Source: Gemmatimonas sp.
Lineage (GTDB): Bacteria > Pseudomonadota > Alphaproteobacteria > SMXQ01
DNA: 64,000 nt
Assembly (NCBI GenBank): GCA_050260515.1
Contig: JBLNCI010000006.1
Span: 37,273-101,272 of the forward strand
Reading direction: 5' to 3'
Shown here: positions 54,341-62,664 of the stretch, in pieces
Position numbering within the stretch: position 1 is the first letter of the stretch
How the letters are laid out: each line of letters opens with the position of its first letter
The notes under the pieces: model-generated
What the model was told of the DNA's origin: nothing
Database searches by the model: none
Seen by the model: the letters and a program-made list of their open reading frames with translations, nothing else
Made by a program: the position numbers and the translations under genes

Positions 54341-54862
54341 ATGCAATCGTTCACACCGTTCGTGCTGTCCCTGCTCGCGTTCGCCGCGATGACCGCCGCG
54401 ACGCCGGCGCAAGCCGCTGAGCGCCTCGTCCTCGAACTCACCACCGGGCCGGTGGTGATCCAGCTCCGCCCGGACCTCGCGCCGAACCACGTCGCGCGCA
54501 TCAAGGAGCTGGCGCAGCAGGGCTTCTACAACGGCATCGTCTTCCATCGCGTGATCGAGGGCTTCATGGCCCAGACCGGCGATCCCACCGGCACCGGCAC
54601 CGGCGGCTCGGGCAAGAAGCTGAAGGCGGAGTTCAGCCAGGCACCGTTCGCCCGCGGCACCGTCGGGATGGCGCGCGCCCAGTCGCCCGACAGCGCCGAC
54701 AGCCAGTTCTTCATCTGCTTCAAGCCGGCGCCGTTCCTCAACGGCCAGTACACCGTGTGGGGCTCGGTGATTCAGGGGATGGAGAACGTCGACAAGATCG
54801 CGCGCGGCGAGCCGCCGCGGAACCCGGACAAGATCGTCAGCGCCCGCGTCGAGTCCGACTAG
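54341..54862 (+). CDS. Periplasmic peptidyl-prolyl cis-trans isomerase, cyclophilin type
   Basis: Signal peptide. ...FYNGIVFHRVIEGFMAQTGDPTGTGTGGSG...VGMARAQSPDSADSQFFI... Confidence 0.9.
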   Translation: MQSFTPFVLSLLAFAAMTAATPAQAAERLVLELTTGPVVIQLRPDLAPNHVARIKELAQQGFYNGIVFHRVIEGFMAQTGDPTGTGTGGSGKKLKAEFSQAPFARGTVGMARAQSPDSADSQFFICFKPAPFLNGQYTVWGSVIQGMENVDKIARGEPPRNPDKIVSARVESD

Positions 54863-54902
54863 CGCGACCGCCTGTCGGGAGGCAACCACACGCGCCGGTC
54901 CG

Positions 54903-56960
54903 CTACACGCGGCCGGCGCGTTCTCCATACAGGAAAGTGATGTTGATGCGGCGGTTCTCGTAGCCCGGCTTGAACCGGATCGTATCCGTCGCGTGGATCA
55001 AGTCCGAGTTGAAGATCACCGCGCGGTTCTGCCGATGCGGGATGCGGTGGACCTTGGCGCCCGATTCGTCGATGAAGCGTCGCATCGTCGCCTGGTCGAC
55101 GTTGTACGTGCGGAAGTCCCAGTCCGCCGGCGCCTCCTTGTCCCACACCATCAGTCCGCCGGACTCGGGGTCGAGATTGGCATCGTCGGGCGTAACCCAG
55201 AAATTCACGTTTACCGCGGCGAAGTCGGCATGCAGCCCGATGCCGTCCCGGCGCTCGCCGTATTTGAACGCCCACACCTTCAGCAGCGGACGGTCGCCGA
55301 AGATCCCGGGCAGGCGCTCGGGCAGCTCGCGCCCGATCTGCAGCAGGAGCGGGCACGCGAAGCCGTCCTCGCCGAACGCGCCGAGGTATCCGTTGGTGTA
55401 ATTGCTGCCGAACCACACGGTGGACTCGAGGCAGAAGCGCCTGAGCGACGCGAGTGCCTCACGGGTGAGGAAGCCGTCGACCCACGTGATGCCCGGGGCG
55501 CGGGCAAAGTAGTCGCGCTCGATCGCCGCACGGTCGAGCGCACTTACCGCTCCCGTCGCGATCTCGGGCGCCGGCGCGACGTGCCACAGGCGGTTGTAGG
55601 TGTCGCCGATCTCGCGACGGCTCGCGTCATCGAGCTCCACGAGCTGGTTGTCCGCTGCGCTCGTGGGCAACCGGAGGCGCGCCCTTTCATAGCGGGCGAG
55701 CAGGGACGGGTCCGGCAGTTCGCCGAGTGCGAGTAGGTGCTGAATCTGCTCGATGTCGTGGTCGAGCTTCCCGCGGGTCGTCTGCCGGAAGGTCTGCAGT
55801 CCAGAGAACGGCGACGGCCCGGGCTTGCGCACGATTTCGGTCGCTCTCATGCGCGCCGCGAACGCGTCCTCGGTGCGGCCGGCGCGGAGCAGGGCGGCGC
55901 CCAGCGTCTCCCATGTCTTCCAGTCGTCGGGCCTCTGCTCGCTGGCGGCGCGGGCAAGCGCGATGGCGCCGGCAAGGTGGTCCTCGGCTTCCCGTGCGGC
56001 CTCATCGCCGGCGGTATGCGCCGAACGGGCAAGGGCGATCGACAGCCGGAGCCGCGACTCCGCGTGCTCGGGTCTCAGTGCGCACGCCGCGCGCAACGCG
56101 GCGACCGCCTCGTCGTAGCGACCCGCGAGCGACATCGCCTGACCCAGCCCGCTCTGCGTCTCGGCGCTGGCCTGATCGATTGCGAGCGCCCGCCGGAAGG
56201 CGGCGATGGCGTCCTCGAAGCTTTCCTGGGCGGTGAGGACGTTGCCGAGGTTGCGAAAAGCTTCCGCATAGCCCGGCGCGAGGGTCGTCGCGCGGCGGAA
56301 GCACTCGGCCGCCTCGGTCGACCGGCCGATGTGGAACAGCGCCGTGCCAAGACTGTTGTGGGCGAGTGCGAAGTCGGGCGCAACACGAAGCGCATCTTGG
56401 AGGCGGGCGATCGCGCCGTCGGCGTCGCCCGCTTCCAGCAACGCATTGCCGAGGTTCGCGTTGGCTTCGGCGAAATCCGGAGCAGCGGCGATGGCCCGCC
56501 GGAACACCGCCACTGCCTCATCGCGACGCCCGGCCCCCTTCAGCGCCAGACCCAAGTGGTTCAGGACCGGGGGGAGGTCAGGGGCTATGTCGAGGGCGCG
56601 CTCGAAACAGGCGATCCCTTCCGCACGGCGTCCCTGGAACACATGCACCATCCCGAGCAGATCCAGCGCCTGCGCATGTCGCGGATTGCTCGCCAGCACG
56701 CGCTCATAACTCGCGCGCGCGGCGTCGAGTCGCCCGGCGCGATGATGGGAAATCCCGGTCTCGAGGTCGGGGTTGTCCGAAGGGGATGCGGTCGACACGA
56801 CGGTTCCGTTGCTGCTGGACCGACTATATCTACTCCACGTCGTCTCGTCAGGGGCGACGGGATGCGTTGTCCGAAGCGTTGCGCTGCGTGTACTGTGATC
56901 GGAAAGGATGATTGCGGTGCCGGATTCAGAAAGCCCCACCCTGCAGATTCCGGCGCCCAC
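54903..56960 (-). CDS. TPR-repeat protein with C-terminal 2OG-Fe(II)-oxygenase-like domain (start uncertain)
   Basis: About 9 TPR units (AxxxYxxALxxxPxxxxA repeats), then a domain with GLHADF (HxD), distal LIHATD and RINITF. The track start 56960 overlaps the divergent gene; a GTG at 56798 is an alternative. Confidence 0.7.
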   Translation of the reverse strand: MGAGICRVGLSESGTAIILSDHSTRSATLRTTHPVAPDETTWSRYSRSSSNGTVVSTASPSDNPDLETGISHHRAGRLDAARASYERVLASNPRHAQALDLLGMVHVFQGRRAEGIACFERALDIAPDLPPVLNHLGLALKGAGRRDEAVAVFRRAIAAAPDFAEANANLGNALLEAGDADGAIARLQDALRVAPDFALAHNSLGTALFHIGRSTEAAECFRRATTLAPGYAEAFRNLGNVLTAQESFEDAIAAFRRALAIDQASAETQSGLGQAMSLAGRYDEAVAALRAACALRPEHAESRLRLSIALARSAHTAGDEAAREAEDHLAGAIALARAASEQRPDDWKTWETLGAALLRAGRTEDAFAARMRATEIVRKPGPSPFSGLQTFRQTTRGKLDHDIEQIQHLLALGELPDPSLLARYERARLRLPTSAADNQLVELDDASRREIGDTYNRLWHVAPAPEIATGAVSALDRAAIERDYFARAPGITWVDGFLTREALASLRRFCLESTVWFGSNYTNGYLGAFGEDGFACPLLLQIGRELPERLPGIFGDRPLLKVWAFKYGERRDGIGLHADFAAVNVNFWVTPDDANLDPESGGLMVWDKEAPADWDFRTYNVDQATMRRFIDESGAKVHRIPHRQNRAVIFNSDLIHATDTIRFKPGYENRRINITFLYGERAGRV

Positions 56961-57876
56961 GCAGGGACCGGGCGGCTTGCTCGCCCCCTGGCGCGCCGCC
57001 CATGCCCGCTTTCATGCGCTTGCCCCGAACGCGCGCGGTGCGGTGCTCGTCTCCGCCGGCTCGGTGACGCTGGTCGTCATGGCGATGCTGGTCAAGTTCC
57101 TCGGCGACCGGCTGTCGAGCTTCGAGATCCTGTTCTTCCGCTCCGCGATCGGGTTCTGCTTCGTCCTGCCGCTGTTCGCGCGCAATCCGATGGAGCCGCT
57201 GCGGACGAAGCGGCTCGGCATGCATTTCCTGCGCGGATCGAGCGGCGCGCTCGGCAATGCCTGCTTCTTCTGGAGCATCACCCACATGGTGCTCGCGGAT
57301 TCGATGGCGCTGCAGTTCTCGCGGCCGCTGTTCATGATCCCGCTCGCGTTCTTCATCCTCGGCGAGGTGGCGGGCTGGCGACGCTCGCTGGTGGCCGTGG
57401 TCGGATTCGTCGGCATCGTGCTGTACGCGCGGCCGTTCACATCCGGCTTCGACTACAACGCCATCATCGGCGCGTCGGGCGCGCTGTTCGGCGGCCTCGT
57501 CGTCCTCGGCATCAAGAGCCTCGCGCGTACCGAGCCGACGCGCGTCATCATGTTCTATTACGGCGTGTGGAACACGGTGTTCGCCGCAATCCCCTGTTTC
57601 TTCCTCTGGATCACGCCCACCGTTCCCGAAATGGCGCTGCTCGTGGTCGTCGGGTTTCTCGGCATCGCCGGTCAGAGCATGATCACCCACGGCTTCACCC
57701 AGGGCGACGCGACCGCACTGGTGCCGCTCGACTACTCGCGGATCGTCTACTCGGCGGCGCTCGGCTACCTTGTGTTCGGCGAGGTGCCGGGCGTATGGAG
57801 CGTCGCCGGCATGGCGCTGATCGTCATGGCGTCGCTCTACCTGGTGCTGACGGAAAAGAAGAAGGCGCGGGGCTGA
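56908..57876 (+). CDS. EamA/DMT-family transporter (start uncertain)
   Basis: About 10 TM helices, two EamA repeats. A GTG at 56917 with AAGGA 8 nt upstream is a plausible alternative start. Confidence 0.8.
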   Translation: MIAVPDSESPTLQIPAPTQGPGGLLAPWRAAHARFHALAPNARGAVLVSAGSVTLVVMAMLVKFLGDRLSSFEILFFRSAIGFCFVLPLFARNPMEPLRTKRLGMHFLRGSSGALGNACFFWSITHMVLADSMALQFSRPLFMIPLAFFILGEVAGWRRSLVAVVGFVGIVLYARPFTSGFDYNAIIGASGALFGGLVVLGIKSLARTEPTRVIMFYYGVWNTVFAAIPCFFLWITPTVPEMALLVVVGFLGIAGQSMITHGFTQGDATALVPLDYSRIVYSAALGYLVFGEVPGVWSVAGMALIVMASLYLVLTEKKKARG

Positions 57877-57953
57877 CCGACGGTTTCGGCTCCTGTAGAT
57901 ATGAGACAAGAGCCGCGCTGCGGGAGGCGACGGCCGAACGGGGAAGAGATCTC

Positions 57954-59111
57954 ATGCGTGCATGGCTTTGCGCGGCGTCCGCGGCAGTATGCCTCGTTGG
58001 CTGTGGCGGTTTTGGCGAAGTGCGTGCGGCCGAGCTGCCGAAGGCGACCCAGCAGGCGCTCGCGGGCGAGAAGATCGATCCCGGACTCCTCGACGGCCTC
58101 GACGCGGAGCTCAACGTGCCGCCGTCCTGGATCGAGGCCGCGCGCCGTGAGAAGGACGTGGTGATCCTCGGCACCTGGAACGACCGCGACTTCCGTGCGC
58201 TCACCGAGCCGTTCAAGGCGCGCTATCCGTTCGTCAACCTGCGCTACACCCGCACCGGCACCGCCGGGCGCGGCATGAAGGTGCTGGTCGCGCTGCAGGA
58301 GGGCCGCGTGATCGCCGACGTGCTGACCAGCATCGGCGACTCGACCGGCGCACTCGACGAGGCCAAGGCTCTCGCGGATCTCCGCGACCTGCCCGGGTAC
58401 GCGAGCGTCCCGCCGGAGTACGTCGCCGACGACGGGACGTGGGTCAGCTACAAGCTGTCGTTCCGCTGCATGGCCTACAACACGACGAAGCTCAAGGCGG
58501 AGGACATGCCCGCGACCTGGGACGAACTGGTCACGAGCCCGAAGCTGCGCGGCGGCAACCTCGCGCTGTCGAACCTCGCCGACAGCTGGCTGCTGGTGCT
58601 GTGGGGCACGAAGGGCGAGGCGTGGGGTGCCGATTTCACCCGCAAGCTGTTCCAGAACCTCACGCCGCAGCGGCGCAAGGAAGGCATGAACGCGACCGCC
58701 GGCCTCGTCGTCGCGGGAGAGGCCGACGCCAGCCTGCCGGCCGGCGAGGATCGTGCCCAGCAGTATCGGGCGAAGGGCGCGCCGGTCGGCTATCACTGCC
58801 CGGCGCCGATCACCCTCACCGTTTCGCAGATCGCGATGCTGGAGCAGTCGCCGCACAAGAACGCGGCGCGGCTGTTCATCAACTGGATCCTCAGCCGCGA
58901 GGGCCAGATCCTCCAGCACACCGCGACGCACTCGGTGCCGGTTCACAAGGACCTGCAGACGCCGACGTTCCTGGCCTTCCCCGAGACCATCGTCGGCAAG
59001 CCGCGCGTGGTCCGCGACGACGCGCTGATCGGCAGCGATCTGGCGAAGCGCATGCAGGCGGTGTGGAACGAGCAGTGGACGGCCACGACCGCCGGCGACA
59101 AGGCGCGATGA
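57954..59111 (+). CDS. Orphan ABC-type periplasmic binding protein, family 1
   Basis: ATG 57954 inside the 1124-aa track ORF 55737..59111. Lipoprotein-like signal LVGCGG. Paralogous in layout to 27297 and 49024, but no permease/ATPase is adjacent. Confidence 0.75.
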   Translation: MRAWLCAASAAVCLVGCGGFGEVRAAELPKATQQALAGEKIDPGLLDGLDAELNVPPSWIEAARREKDVVILGTWNDRDFRALTEPFKARYPFVNLRYTRTGTAGRGMKVLVALQEGRVIADVLTSIGDSTGALDEAKALADLRDLPGYASVPPEYVADDGTWVSYKLSFRCMAYNTTKLKAEDMPATWDELVTSPKLRGGNLALSNLADSWLLVLWGTKGEAWGADFTRKLFQNLTPQRRKEGMNATAGLVVAGEADASLPAGEDRAQQYRAKGAPVGYHCPAPITLTVSQIAMLEQSPHKNAARLFINWILSREGQILQHTATHSVPVHKDLQTPTFLAFPETIVGKPRVVRDDALIGSDLAKRMQAVWNEQWTATTAGDKAR

Positions 59112-59151
59112 CGGCCGTGCTCGGAGACGTCCGACAGACGAGGCATTCGAC

Positions 59152-59715
59152 GTGAAGCTCAATATCGGCTGCGGCCATCGCAAGATCGACGGCTTCGTCA
59201 ACGTCGACAAGTTCGCCGCGTGCGCGCCGGACCTGCAGCTCGACATCGAGATCACGCCGTGGCCGTGGCCGACGTCCTCGGTCGAGGAGATCCGGTTCAT
59301 CCACGCGCTCGAGCACATGGGGCAGGATGTCGCGGTGTTCCTCGCGATCATGCAGGAGATCTACCGCGTGCTGGTTCCGGGTGGACGCCTCGTCGTCCAC
59401 GTGCCGCACCCACGCAACGACGATTTCCTCGGCGACCCGACCCACGTCCGGGCGATCACGGCGCAGCAGATGCGGCTGTTTGATCGCCGGCTCAATGACG
59501 AGTGGAAAGCGTCGGGGCGGAGCGCCGCGACGCCGCTCGCCCACTACCTCGGAGTCGATTTCGAGATGGTCGAGATGCGCCAGCTTCTCGAGCCGCGGTA
59601 CGCGGAGGCTCTCCAGGCGGGGCGCATGACCTACGAGGAGATCGGGCGCGCGGCCGAAGAACGCAACAACGTCGTCGCCGAGATTCACATGACTCTCGTC
59701 GCGCGGAAGGGCTGA
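59152..59715 (+). CDS. Class I SAM-dependent methyltransferase (short)
   Basis: GTG start. LNIGCGHRKIDGFVNVD (motif I) and VLVPGGRLVVHVP (post-II). Confidence 0.65.
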   Translation: MKLNIGCGHRKIDGFVNVDKFAACAPDLQLDIEITPWPWPTSSVEEIRFIHALEHMGQDVAVFLAIMQEIYRVLVPGGRLVVHVPHPRNDDFLGDPTHVRAITAQQMRLFDRRLNDEWKASGRSAATPLAHYLGVDFEMVEMRQLLEPRYAEALQAGRMTYEEIGRAAEERNNVVAEIHMTLVARKG

Positions 59716-59718
59716 GCG

Positions 59719-60435
59719 ATGCGCCTCGGCCTCATCCAGACACGCGGCATCGGCGACCTGGTGATCGCGCTGCCGATCGCCCAGCATTTCGTCGCCCTCG
59801 GTCATGAGGTCCACTGGCCGGTGGACTCGCGGTTCCTGGGCTTCATGGCCGCGGCGGCGCCGGAGGTCCGCTTCCATCCGATCGATCCGTCGGACACCGG
59901 CGACCAGACTCCAGCCTATTTCTACGACGCGCCGCTCGCGGTCCTGCAAGGACTCGGCTGCGATGCGATCCAGTGCCTGTACTCGTATCTGACCGGGCGC
60001 GACGTCGTGAACGAGAAGCTCGCCCGCGCGCTCAAGTTCGACGAATACAAGTACGCCGTGACCGGCGTGCCGTTTTCCCGGAAGTGGGACCTCAGGATCC
60101 GGCGCGACGCCGCGCGCGAGCAGGCGCTGTTCGATTCGCTCGGCGTGCGCGGGCCCTACGTGCTCGTCCACGCAACAGCGTCCGGCGCCTCGATCAACGT
60201 CAACCTCGCGCCGCAGCTCGTGGCCGGCCGGCAGGTGATCGAGCTGACCGAGCGCACCGACAATCCGTTCGACTGGCTGCTCGCGCTGGAGCGGGCGTCG
60301 CTGCTGGTGCTGATCGACAGCGTGTTCGCGAACCTCGTCGAGCAGCTCAATTTTCCCAATCCCAAGATTCTCATGCTCAAGGCCGCCGAGGTGCCGTTCA
60401 CCCCGGTGTTCAAGAACGGCTGGACCTTCTACTAG
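59719..60435 (+). CDS. Hypothetical protein, weak resemblance to the glycosyltransferase family 9 N-terminal motif
   Basis: 238 aa. IQTRGIGDLVIALPIAQHF resembles the GDxxxxxP motif of heptosyltransferase-like proteins. Not verifiable here. Confidence 0.4.
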   Translation: MRLGLIQTRGIGDLVIALPIAQHFVALGHEVHWPVDSRFLGFMAAAAPEVRFHPIDPSDTGDQTPAYFYDAPLAVLQGLGCDAIQCLYSYLTGRDVVNEKLARALKFDEYKYAVTGVPFSRKWDLRIRRDAAREQALFDSLGVRGPYVLVHATASGASINVNLAPQLVAGRQVIELTERTDNPFDWLLALERASLLVLIDSVFANLVEQLNFPNPKILMLKAAEVPFTPVFKNGWTFY

Positions 60436-60602
60436 CGGCGAATGGGCGAGCGATGAAGACGACCTGGATCATCACCAGCGCGCTCGACACCGGCGCCGGG
60501 GTCTACGACGCGAAGCCGTCGGGGCGCATCCTCTACGATTGACCGCGGACGCAGCTTCGCCGTCGCTGCGGCGAAGTCCGGCTTCGTAGGTGCGGAGGGG
60601 AA

Positions 60603-60677
60603 TGGTGGGCGCTGCAGGGATTGAACCTGCGACCCCATCCGTGTGAAGGATGTGCTCTCCCGCTGAGCTAAGCGCCC
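60603..60677 (-). tRNA. tRNA-Val (anticodon CAC)
   Basis: Reverse complement GGGCGCTTAGCTCAGCGGGAGAGCACATCCTTCACACGGATGGGGTCGCAGGTTCAATCCCTGCAGCGCCCACCA. Anticodon arm CATCC-TTCACAC-GGATG. Confidence 0.95.
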
Positions 60678-60845
60678 GTCCCGGCCCGACAAACGGGCGG
60701 CGGAATGGCGCTTGGTATACGGGCGCATCGGCTCGCAGTCAAGGAACCGACCCCCCCCCGGTCAGCGGGCTGGTTGCCCCGAATCGGCCCCATTGACCGG
60801 GTTCAATGGCGGTATGCTGGCAGGTCAGTTGGGGCAGGTGGTTCG

Positions 60846-61799
60846 ATGACGTGGAACGCCGGCTTGCGACGTGGGCGAATGGCGGTGAGCGCGATCGGCG
60901 CGGTCGCCGCGCTGGTGGCCATCGGTCTCTCGGCGGCCGCCGCCCAGGACACGGCGATGGTGGCGCCGCCGGGCGCCGGCTATCGCCTCAACGACCGCAC
61001 CCTCGTTCTCACCTACGACGTTTACATCGGCGGGCTGCACGCGTTCCGCTTCGACGCGACGGTGGGCGTCGACGACCGCAGCTACGAGGTGGCGCTCGAC
61101 GGCGGCACGTCGGGTGTCATCGGCCGGCTGTTCTCGTGGCGTGCGAGCCTCCGTTCCGACGGCGCGGTCGCTTCGACGCAACCCGTCCCGGCGGGGCTCT
61201 CGGCGGCGCGCTTCGAGAGCGCGACGGCGTGGCAGGGCAAACCGCGGCGCACCTCGCTCACGTTCACCGGTGACGGCCGCTACGACGTCGCGCTCGAGCC
61301 CCCCGAGGACGCCGACAGCGTTCGCGAGGACGGCGGACTCCCGTCCATCCTGCCGCCCGGCACGATGGATCCGGTGGCGGCGTCGCTCGCCGCGCTGTCG
61401 GCATCGGCGCGCGACGGCGCATGCGCGCGCCGACTTCCGGTGTTCGACGGCAAGCGCTACTACGAGCTGATCGTGCGCGACGGCGACGGCGACAACGTCG
61501 TGCCGCCGAGTCACTTGTCGGCGTTTTCGGGCCCGGCGCTGAAATGCCGCATCGCGATGCGGCGCCTCGCCGGCTTCAGCAAGCGGCGCTATGCGCAATA
61601 CTGGGACGACGAGAGCAGCGATCTGCCGACGATCTGGTCCGCGGCGCTGGCTCCCGGTATGCCGCTGGTGCCGGTGCGGTTTCTCGCGCCGATCCACATC
61701 GCCGGCAATCTGGGTACGATGGTGATCCACATCGTCCACGCCGAGCTGCGGGCCGGGGCCGGCACCCGCGTGCTGGTCGACCAGCCGCGCGCCCGCTAG
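60846..61799 (+). CDS. DUF3108-like exported protein
   Basis: ATG 60846 inside ORF 60705..61799. Signal peptide ...GLSAAAAQD. ...YDVYIGGLHAFRFDATV... and ...GKRYYELIV... resemble DUF3108 proteins. Confidence 0.5.
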   Translation: MTWNAGLRRGRMAVSAIGAVAALVAIGLSAAAAQDTAMVAPPGAGYRLNDRTLVLTYDVYIGGLHAFRFDATVGVDDRSYEVALDGGTSGVIGRLFSWRASLRSDGAVASTQPVPAGLSAARFESATAWQGKPRRTSLTFTGDGRYDVALEPPEDADSVREDGGLPSILPPGTMDPVAASLAALSASARDGACARRLPVFDGKRYYELIVRDGDGDNVVPPSHLSAFSGPALKCRIAMRRLAGFSKRRYAQYWDDESSDLPTIWSAALAPGMPLVPVRFLAPIHIAGNLGTMVIHIVHAELRAGAGTRVLVDQPRAR

Positions 61800-62488
61800 G
61801 CGCCGATCCGAAACCCGATCGATTCCAGCGTCGGCAGCAGCGTCGCGAAGCCGTTGGTGGTCGCGTCGGCCCCGGCCTCGATCAACGGTCCCCGCACGTA
61901 GCCGTGGCCCAGCAGCACGACCGCGATACCCGCCGCGCGCGCCGTCGCCACGTCGACCTCCGAATCCCCGACCAGCACGGCGTGGCTCGGCGAGACCTCG
62001 ATGGTGAGCAGCGCCTCGCGCACCATGGTCGGATCGGGTTTCAGCGGCGCCGCGTCGGCGCCGACCACTCCGTTGAGCAGGTCGTCGAGGCCGCTGTCGC
62101 GCAGCACGTCCCGTGCCGCGGCGCTCGGCTTGTTGGTGCAGACGACGAGGCGCACGTCGGCGAGCCGCAGGCGCTCCAGCGCCTCGCGCGCGCCCGGGTA
62201 CGCCGCGGGTGCCGGCGCCTCCAGCATCAGCGCCCGGTAGCGCAGGACCGTCCGGACGTGATCGTCCGGCGGCAGCGGTCCGCCGGTCGCTTCCGCCGCC
62301 CGCTGGATCAGGCGGTCGACGCCGTCGCCGATCATCGGCTTCACCTGGGCGACGGCCAGCGGGGCGCGCCCGACCTCGCGCAGCACGCGGTTGAGCGCCT
62401 CGGTCAGCCCCGGCGCGGTGTCGAGGAGCGTGCCGTCGAGATCGAAGACGACCCCGTGAAGCGCTCGCGTCGACGCCGTCTGCACCAT
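61796..62488 (-). CDS. gph: HAD-family phosphoglycolate phosphatase
   Basis: ATG 62488 inside ORF 61796..62542. VVFDLDGTLLDT (motif I), ...CTNKP..., ...VGDSEVDVATARAAG... Confidence 0.8.
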   Translation of the reverse strand: MVQTASTRALHGVVFDLDGTLLDTAPGLTEALNRVLREVGRAPLAVAQVKPMIGDGVDRLIQRAAEATGGPLPPDDHVRTVLRYRALMLEAPAPAAYPGAREALERLRLADVRLVVCTNKPSAAARDVLRDSGLDDLLNGVVGADAAPLKPDPTMVREALLTIEVSPSHAVLVGDSEVDVATARAAGIAVVLLGHGYVRGPLIEAGADATTNGFATLLPTLESIGFRIGA

Positions 62489-62664
62489 GCGTGTATTCTC
62501 CGGACCGATTTCAGCCGCGAGCGCGGAAATGTTGAGCAACAACAGTTGATTTGGACTTGGAAACGCCTTTGTGGCACGTTCCCGTCGGCTCCTGGATGTT
62601 TACCATACGGCGCCGATGACCGGAGGTGCCGCGCTTTGCATCCCCATCGTTTGATGCATTCCGA

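Noticed and set aside
56908-56960. An apparent 53-nt 5'-5' overlap of the divergent TPR and EamA genes.
   Set aside because: This is most likely start-codon over-extension in the track. Plausible internal starts (GTG 56798 for the TPR gene, GTG 56917 for EamA) remove the overlap.
55737-57953. The N-terminal 739 codons of the 1124-aa ORF 55737..59111.
   Set aside because: This part is antisense to the TPR gene and overlaps the EamA gene in another frame. Only the last 385 codons (from ATG 57954, with a signal peptide) look like a real binding protein.
60453-60542. A 29-codon ORF between the GT9-like gene and tRNA-Val.
   Set aside because: It is too short and unsupported to call as a gene. 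It is mentioned only as a possible truncated remnant in the findings.
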